Assembly: GCA_004558825.1 (NCBI GenBank)
Contig: SFDB01000003.1
Location: 27,290 to 91,289, forward strand
Direction: 5' to 3'
DNA length: 64,000 bases
From: Clostridiales bacterium
GTDB lineage: Bacteria > Bacillota > Clostridia > Christensenellales > CAG-138
Position numbers and translations under genes: made by a program. Shown piece by piece: positions 57,535-64,000 of the stretch (positions within the stretch are counted from its first letter, which is position 1; each line of letters opens with the position of its first letter). Under the pieces are notes generated by a model, which was not told the DNA's origin, searched no databases, and saw only the letters and a list, made by a program, of their open reading frames with translations.

Positions 57535-60500
57535 TTAAATCCTAAAATAATCGACTGCCCCGCGGAACATACCGGAATTATCGGAAGTCGGAACGTTCTT
57601 ATAGAGCATTTTTCCATATCGCTCGGCATGTCCCATCCTTCCAAATACACGCCCGTCAGGTGAAGTTATACCTTCAACTGCGTACATCGATCCGTTCGGA
57701 TTAAAGTCGATATTCATTGTAGGTTTACCCTGCATGTCGCAATATTGTGTTGCAATCTGTCCGTTTTTGGCAAGCTGCTCGAACAGAGAATCGCCGCAAA
57801 CGAATCTGCCCTCGCCATGCGAAATCGGTATGTTGAATATATCGCCTGTATTGCAGTACATAAGCCAAGGTGACTTGTTTGACGCAACTTTGACATTCAC
57901 TATGCGTGACTGGTGACGGCCTATGCTATTGTATGTAAGCGTAGGACAGGATGTATCCATATCGCGTATTTCGCCATACGGTACAAGACCGAGCTTTATC
58001 AGCGCCTGAAATCCGTTGCATACTCCGCAGATAAGACCATCGTGTACGTTCAACATCTCATGGATTGCATCACTTATTCGTGGGTTACGCAGAAAAGCCG
58101 TTATGAATTTACCCGAACCGTCCGGCTCGTCGCCTCCGGAAAAGCCGCCCGGAATAAACAGAATATTGCTTCTTTTAACACGCTCCGCAAATTCGAGTAT
58201 AGATTCTTCGATAAGCGCGGGTCTTATGTTGCGCACGATGAATATTTCGGTGTCAGCGCCCGCAAGGCGAAGCGCACGCTCGGTATCATATTCGCAATTC
58301 GTTCCCGGGAACGCAGGTATTAGCGCTTTTGGCTTTGCCATGGAGATAGCGGGCTTCGCTCTGAAATTAGTGCTGAATTGCACGTCTGGCACATCGCGCT
58401 GTTCTTTTTTTTCGGATGTGTTTGCGGGGTAAACATCATAAAGCGCCAAATTGTAGGCTTTTTCTAGCATTTCAAGCGAAATTCGGTCGCTCGCCCGACG
58501 CATTTCATATTCGGGAACGGTATGGCCGATAAGTATTCCGACCTCCTGCGCTTTCTCCGCAAGCTCAATTATGAAGCTTCCATATGCGTATGAGAAGATA
58601 TCTTCATCATAAATATCATCAGAAAGCTCAATTCCTATCCTGTTGCCCATACACATTTTGACGAGCGCTTCCGCCGCACCGCCAAAACCGGGCGTATATA
58701 CGCTGAGCGCATCGCCACGCTTTATCATGTTTGATACGAGCTCAAATACAGCACGCTGTGAGGTACAGTCGGGCAACCCATCCTCGTTATAATCAACTCC
58801 AATCCACACAACACGTGAGCCTGCCCGCTTAAACTCAGGCGACGTTATGCGGTTTATATCGCTCACCGACACGGCGAACGATACGAGCGTAGGCGGAACA
58901 TCGATATCCTCAAACGTACCGCTCATAGAGTCTTTTCCACCAATAGCTGCAAGGCGCAGCCCCATCTGAGCGTCGAGCGCTCCGAGAAGCGCCGAAAAAG
59001 GCTTCGCCCAACGCTTCGGATCGTTCTTTAGCTTTTCAAAATACTCTTGGAGTGTAAGATAGCATTGTGATATATCGCCGCCGCTCGCAATCACCTTTGA
59101 CACCGATTCGATTACGGCAAGATATGCGGCACTGTACGGATCGCGCTCCGATATATATGGATTGAATCCGTAGGCCATTATCGAACATGTTGTCGTTTCC
59201 CCGCCTAACACTGGTATTTTTGCAGCCATTGCTTGCGCAGGTGAAGATTGATACTTACCGCCGAGCGGCATAAGTACGCTTGCCGCGCCAATGGTTGAGT
59301 CGAAGCGTTCAAGTAGTCCGCGTTTTGATGCAACGTTGATATTGCTCATAAGCGAAACAAGCTTCTCCTCTAACGTGTTCCCTTCGCATTTAAGCTCATG
59401 AAGCTCATAGCCGGGCACGGCTACGCTCGTATGTTTTTGTGCGCCGTTTGACGCCAAGAACTCCCTTGAAAGCCCAATTATTTCCGCACCGTTCCACCAA
59501 GCGCTCAAACGCGGCTCTTTAGTTATTTCTGCAACAACAGTCGCTTCGAGATTTTCGGCCGCCGCAAGCTCTTTGAAGCGCTTAACATCGTCATCAGATA
59601 CAACTACAGCCATTCTCTCTTGAGATTCACTTATTGCCAGCTCTGTACCGTCAAGTCCTTCGTATTTTTTGAGCACTGCGTTCAAATCTATCTTCATTCC
59701 GTCGGCAAGTTCGCCTATGGCCACGCTTACGCCGCCTGCACCGAAATCATTGCAGCGCTTTATCATCTTTGCGGCTTCGCTGTTCCTGAAGAGTCTCTGG
59801 AGTTTGCGTTCTTCAGGTGCATTGCCCTTTTGCACTTCTGCGCCGCAGTTTTCAAGCGAATTCGTGTTATGTGATTTCGATGAGCCTGTTGCGCCGCCGC
59901 AGCCGTCGCGTCCTGTTCTTCCGCCAATGAGTATTACTTTGTCGCCGGGCTCCGGAGTTTCGCGCCTCACGTTTTCCTTCGGCACAGCGCCTATGACAGC
60001 GCCTATCTCCATGTGCTTTGCTTCATAGCCGCTGTGATAAATCTCATCTACAAGTCCTGTAGCAATTCCTATCTGGTTTCCGTATGAACTATTGCCGTTC
60101 GCCGCCGTTATTACGAGCTTTCGTTGGGGAAGCTTACCGTGTCTTGTCTTTGAAGCATCTACCGTTGGGTCGCTCGCGCCTGTTATGCGCATTGCCTGAT
60201 AAACATATGCGCGTCCTGAAAGCGGATCCCTTATCGCTCCTCCGATGCATGTCGCAGCGCCGCCGAAAGGCTCTATCTCCGTCGGATGGTTATGCGTCTC
60301 GTTCTTGAAAAGAAGCAGCCATTTTTCGGTTCGCCCGTCAACGTCTACGTCCATGTTCACAGTACAGGCATTTATTTCTTCAGACACGTCGAGACTGTCA
60401 AGCTCGCCGCTCTTTTTAAGTGCTTTCGCGCCTATCGTTGCAATATTCATAAGCGTAACGGGTTTTGTCACGTTAAGCTCTTTTCTGAGTTTTAAATATC

Positions 60501-61242
60501 GGTCATACGCTTTTCGCACAGTCTCGTTGTCAAATTCAACGTTATCAATCGACGTTGAAAAAGTGGTGTGTCTGCAGTGGTCCGACCAATATGTGTCTAT
60601 AACCTTTATCTCGCTTATCGTGGGATCGCGCTTGACGGAGACAAAATAATCGCGGCAGAAACGTATATCTGCTCCATCCATGGCAAGGCCGAGCTTTTTT
60701 ACAAGTTCGTCAAGCTGTGAATCGCTCATCGAGATAAAACCTTTTATTGTATCTACAGACGTAGGTATATTGCAGCGCATATCGAGCGTTTCGGGCTTGT
60801 CAAGCGTGGTCTCGCGGCATTCAACAGGATTTATCAGGTATTTTTTTATGGCATTAAGCGATGTATCATCGATTTTTCCATAGAGAATGTACACGCGCGC
60901 CGTTTTTACAGTGACGCGCTCGCCCTGACAAAGAAGCTGCACACATTGCGAGGCCGAATCGGCGCGCTGATCAAACTGTCCCGGCAGATACTCCACCGCA
61001 AACACCTTAGCATCTGCATCGTACGGAAGCTCGAAAAAAACGTTGTCGACCTGCGGTTCAGAAAAAACGGTATGCATCGATTTTTCGAGCATTTCAGATG
61101 ATATGCCCTCAATATCGTACCGCTGGAAGAGCCGTAATGACTCAACGCATTCAATATGCAAAAACGACCTGATATCAGAAAGCAGGTTCCGTTCATGAAC
61201 TCTATAGTCTTCTTTTTTTTCCACATACAGTCTGCTTATCAT
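57535..61242 (-). CDS. purL: phosphoribosylformylglycinamidine synthase, single-chain large form
   Basis: 1235 aa. Contains AIR-synthase-like repeats plus a C-terminal glutamine amidotransferase (GVCNGFQ). Confidence 0.9.
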   Translation of the reverse strand: MISRLYVEKKEDYRVHERNLLSDIRSFLHIECVESLRLFQRYDIEGISSEMLEKSMHTVFSEPQVDNVFFELPYDADAKVFAVEYLPGQFDQRADSASQCVQLLCQGERVTVKTARVYILYGKIDDTSLNAIKKYLINPVECRETTLDKPETLDMRCNIPTSVDTIKGFISMSDSQLDELVKKLGLAMDGADIRFCRDYFVSVKRDPTISEIKVIDTYWSDHCRHTTFSTSIDNVEFDNETVRKAYDRYLKLRKELNVTKPVTLMNIATIGAKALKKSGELDSLDVSEEINACTVNMDVDVDGRTEKWLLLFKNETHNHPTEIEPFGGAATCIGGAIRDPLSGRAYVYQAMRITGASDPTVDASKTRHGKLPQRKLVITAANGNSSYGNQIGIATGLVDEIYHSGYEAKHMEIGAVIGAVPKENVRRETPEPGDKVILIGGRTGRDGCGGATGSSKSHNTNSLENCGAEVQKGNAPEERKLQRLFRNSEAAKMIKRCNDFGAGGVSVAIGELADGMKIDLNAVLKKYEGLDGTELAISESQERMAVVVSDDDVKRFKELAAAENLEATVVAEITKEPRLSAWWNGAEIIGLSREFLASNGAQKHTSVAVPGYELHELKCEGNTLEEKLVSLMSNINVASKRGLLERFDSTIGAASVLMPLGGKYQSSPAQAMAAKIPVLGGETTTCSIMAYGFNPYISERDPYSAAYLAVIESVSKVIASGGDISQCYLTLQEYFEKLKNDPKRWAKPFSALLGALDAQMGLRLAAIGGKDSMSGTFEDIDVPPTLVSFAVSVSDINRITSPEFKRAGSRVVWIGVDYNEDGLPDCTSQRAVFELVSNMIKRGDALSVYTPGFGGAAEALVKMCMGNRIGIELSDDIYDEDIFSYAYGSFIIELAEKAQEVGILIGHTVPEYEMRRASDRISLEMLEKAYNLALYDVYPANTSEKKEQRDVPDVQFSTNFRAKPAISMAKPKALIPAFPGTNCEYDTERALRLAGADTEIFIVRNIRPALIEESILEFAERVKRSNILFIPGGFSGGDEPDGSGKFITAFLRNPRISDAIHEMLNVHDGLICGVCNGFQALIKLGLVPYGEIRDMDTSCPTLTYNSIGRHQSRIVNVKVASNKSPWLMYCNTGDIFNIPISHGEGRFVCGDSLFEQLAKNGQIATQYCDMQGKPTMNIDFNPNGSMYAVEGITSPDGRVFGRMGHAERYGKMLYKNVPTSDNSGMFRGAVDYFRI

Positions 61243-62525
61243 AATGCACCTCGATTCTTGATTGCTGAAAGAGCCGATTCTCCTATATCTCTACGGCTAT
61301 ACTTATTTTCAAAGCAAATATGTTCTGCTGCATCATATGCGGCGGTGATAGCCTCAGCAAGCGTATCCCTTATAGCTGTTACGCCAATCACTCTGCCGCC
61401 CGAAGTAACAATTCGCCCGTCTTTTTGCTTTGTTCCCGCATGGAAAACATATACATCCTTTTGGGAGATATCGCCAATCGTGATTTCATTCCCCTTTTCA
61501 TACGCCAGCGGATAGCCGTCGGACGCCAGTACGAGACAGCATGAACTTCTGTCGCTCAACTCAACTTTAACCTCTTCAAGGCGCTCATCCTCAACCGCGC
61601 GCATAATTGTAAAAAGGTCTGTCTTAAGCAGCGGAAGCACCGCCTGCGTTTCGGGATCGCCAAAACGGCAGTTATATTCGATTACTTTCGGTCCATCCGA
61701 TGTAATCATGAGTCCGAAATAGAGGCAGCCCTTGAATTCTCTGCCGAGCGCATTCATAGCCTTGACTGTCGGCATAAATATTCTGTTCATGCACTCTTCA
61801 GCAATTTCTTCAGTATAGTAGGGATTCGGTGCAATCGCACCCATGCCTCCTGTGTTCAAGCCTTTATCGCCGTCAAGAGCGCGCTTATGATCCATCGACG
61901 GAACAAGCGGTATTATCGATTTTCCATCGGTAAATGCAAGCACTGAAACCTCGTTGCCGGTCAAAAACTCTTCAATCACTATTCTGCTCCCGCTCTTGCC
62001 GAACTTGCCGTCAACCATTGCGGAGCGTATCGCTTCTTCGGCCTCAGTGAATGTATTTGCAATAACAACGCCTTTCCCGAGCGCCAATCCATCGGCCTTT
62101 ATTACTATAGGAAATTTGCCGCTTCTGACATATTCCACCGCTGCCTCGAAAGAGTCAAACACATCATATGCAGCCGTCGGAATATTGTTTTCTTTCATCA
62201 GCTCTTTTGCAAAAGCTTTGCTTCCTTCGATAATTGCTGCATTTGCACTCGGTCCGAAACATGGTATCCCGGCACCGTGAAGCCTGTCTACAGCCCCCAT
62301 GACGAGCGGATCGTCGGGCGCCACTACCGCGAAGCCGATATTGTGTGCAATCGCAAAATCGACTATACCGTCTATATCCGTCGCAGATATGTCAACGCAT
62401 TGCGCTTCCTGCGCAATTCCTCCGTTTCCCGGCAAAGCGTATATCTTGTCAATTTCGCTATTTTCGCGGAGCTTTTTTATTATCGCGTGTTCGCGTCCCC
62501 CTCCACCTACAACGATTATATCCAT
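61239..62525 (-). CDS. purD: phosphoribosylamine--glycine ligase
   Basis: MDIIVVGGGGREHAI N-terminus and ATP-grasp fold. ATG 62525 has GAGGA upstream. Confidence 0.95.
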   Translation of the reverse strand: MDIIVVGGGGREHAIIKKLRENSEIDKIYALPGNGGIAQEAQCVDISATDIDGIVDFAIAHNIGFAVVAPDDPLVMGAVDRLHGAGIPCFGPSANAAIIEGSKAFAKELMKENNIPTAAYDVFDSFEAAVEYVRSGKFPIVIKADGLALGKGVVIANTFTEAEEAIRSAMVDGKFGKSGSRIVIEEFLTGNEVSVLAFTDGKSIIPLVPSMDHKRALDGDKGLNTGGMGAIAPNPYYTEEIAEECMNRIFMPTVKAMNALGREFKGCLYFGLMITSDGPKVIEYNCRFGDPETQAVLPLLKTDLFTIMRAVEDERLEEVKVELSDRSSCCLVLASDGYPLAYEKGNEITIGDISQKDVYVFHAGTKQKDGRIVTSGGRVIGVTAIRDTLAEAITAAYDAAEHICFENKYSRRDIGESALSAIKNRGAL

Positions 62526-62545
62526 TTTATCCTCGCAATCGTTTA

Positions 62546-63718
62546 TCAATGATGGAACAGTCTAACGCCTGTGAAGGCCATAGCTATGTTGTATTTGTTG
62601 CACTTACTGATAACGTCGTCATCTCGTATCGATCCGCCTGGCTGCGCTATAAAGCCTACGCCGCTTCTGCGCGCACGTTCAACATTGTCGCCGAACGGAA
62701 AGAAGGCGTCGCTGCCGAGCGAAACGTCGTTAAAGCGCGAAAGCCACTCACGCTTCTCTGCGGCTGTAAGCGGTTCCGGCCTAACCGAGAAAGTCTCCTG
62801 CCATAGACCTTCGTCAAGAACCGCGTAACTTTCCTCATCGGACAGATAAAGGTCTATTGCATTATCACGATTCGGCCGCGCAAGCTTTTCCTTAAACGGA
62901 AGAGCAAGCACTTTCGGATGCTGTCTCAGGTGCCAAAAATCCGCTTTATTTCCCGCAAGACGCGTGCAGTGTACACGCGACTGCTGCCCTGCACCGACGC
63001 CTATCGTCTGGCCGTCTTTTGCATAGCATACCGAGTTGGACTGCGTATATTTCAGCGTTATCAAAGCAATAAGAAGATCGCGCATTGCCGATTCAGGAAT
63101 GGTTTTGTTTTCGGTCACAATATTTTTTAGCAACGCCTCGGATATTTCGATATCGTTGCGTTTTTGCTCGAAAGTGACTCCGAACACTTGCTTGCGCTCC
63201 ATCGGTTCGGGAACATACGATTCGTCGATTTTAATTACCGTATACGAGCCCGAGCGCTTTTTTCTAAGTATTTCTAACGCATCCTCATCGTAATCCGGAG
63301 CAATGACGCCGTCTGAAACTTCACGCGAAATATATTTTGCCGTCGAAACATCGCACCTGTCGCTCAACGATATAAAATCGCCGTAGGACGACATCCTGTC
63401 CGCGCCTCTTGCGCGAATATATGCATATGCGAGAGGTGAAAGTTCGTTGCTGCCTACAAAGTAGATTTTTTTTAACGTTTCGCTGAGCGGAAGCCCTATT
63501 GCAGCGCCGGCGGGGCTTACGTGCTTAAACGATGCAGCGGCAGGCAGACCCGTGGCCCTCTTCAGTTCGCTTACGAGCTGCCAACCGTTTAGCGCATCAA
63601 GAAGATTGATGTAGCCCGCTTTCCCGTTAAGGACGGTTATAGGCAGCTCTTTACCCTCGACAAATACACATGCCGGCTTCTGGTTTGGATTGCAGCCATA
63701 TTTAAGTTCAAGTTTCAT
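62546..63718 (-). CDS. purH: AICAR formyltransferase (PurH transformylase domain only)
   Basis: 390 aa with YGCNPNQ... and SFKHVSPAGAA motifs. There is no MGS-like IMP cyclohydrolase domain. Confidence 0.8.
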   Translation of the reverse strand: MKLELKYGCNPNQKPACVFVEGKELPITVLNGKAGYINLLDALNGWQLVSELKRATGLPAAASFKHVSPAGAAIGLPLSETLKKIYFVGSNELSPLAYAYIRARGADRMSSYGDFISLSDRCDVSTAKYISREVSDGVIAPDYDEDALEILRKKRSGSYTVIKIDESYVPEPMERKQVFGVTFEQKRNDIEISEALLKNIVTENKTIPESAMRDLLIALITLKYTQSNSVCYAKDGQTIGVGAGQQSRVHCTRLAGNKADFWHLRQHPKVLALPFKEKLARPNRDNAIDLYLSDEESYAVLDEGLWQETFSVRPEPLTAAEKREWLSRFNDVSLGSDAFFPFGDNVERARRSGVGFIAQPGGSIRDDDVISKCNKYNIAMAFTGVRLFHH

Positions 63719-63722
63719 GTTA

Positions 63723-64000
63723 TCACCCCTTGCAGTGCTTATTTACGATTCTTGTTTGTCTAACGCCGCTTTCAATGTCGGTAAACTCAACGAACAGCGA
63801 TATTTTGTTGTCATCGTTCAATGCTTCCCATACATCGTGTGTCACTTTATCTATATCCCCGTTTATCGACAAAAGCTTCGGCTCGCCTTCAAACGACGCA
63901 AGCGGGTTTCCATCGCCCATATAGGTATGTATGAAACGTACCGTTCCGGGCATAGCACTCTCGTATTCATAGAAGAACCGCTGGCAAGAATTGCCGCCAT
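63723..64000 (-). CDS. IMP cyclohydrolase-like (PurO-type) protein, C-terminal part (5' end outside window)
   Basis: The frame stays open to the window edge. The call rests on its position next to the domain-split purH and on remembered resemblance to PF07826-type proteins. Confidence 0.5.
   Translation of the reverse strand, partial: GGNSCQRFFYEYESAMPGTVRFIHTYMGDGNPLASFEGEPKLLSINGDIDKVTHDVWEALNDDNKISLFVEFTDIESGVRQTRIVNKHCKG

Overview
This 64-kb chromosomal segment reads like a Clostridia-class Firmicute. Supporting signs are the sporulation gene yunB, an ECF S-component next to coaX, the mutS-mutL-miaA-hfq...lexA gene order, and TTGACA-17-TATAAT promoters with GGAGG ribosome-binding sites. 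I can support about 62 protein genes, 3 tRNAs and one cobalamin riboswitch.

Most of the content is core metabolism and DNA maintenance:
- dnaE (3' part) and pfkA
- a complete de novo pyrimidine operon, pyrB-I-C-F-K-D-E
- purB, and purL-purD-purH(AICARFT)-purO-like
- a B12-riboswitch-controlled Btu/Fec-type ABC importer
- glyQS, arcA, nifS-thiI, pepT, comEC and coaX
- uvrB-uvrA, lexA, hfq-miaA-mutL-mutS-miaB and folD

I see no intact prophage, IS element or complete defence locus.

Several things are not explained by routine annotation:
1. An XerS-length tyrosine recombinase is preceded by a perfect 16-6-16 palindrome. It sits where gene orientation converges, next to a lexA-divergent operon encoding a Cys-rich peptide and RNase HI.
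2. A 37-codon ORF below the track cut-off has a consensus promoter, RBS and terminator. Its leader looks like a RiPP precursor and its tail is rich in Trp and Pro.
3. A decayed three-unit CRISPR vestige resembles type II repeats and has 29-nt spacers. It lies in an 810-bp non-coding gap, and one unit could also be read as a tracrRNA anti-repeat.
4. A 245-bp run of consecutive hairpins is bounded by a duplicated 21-nt GC hairpin, in the convergent glyQS/ugpQ gap.
5. An unexpected TIM-barrel gene sits in the B12 importer operon.

All functional calls rest on motif recognition by eye. Start codons were refined by RBS inspection. No database search, RNA folding or GC-skew computation was possible.
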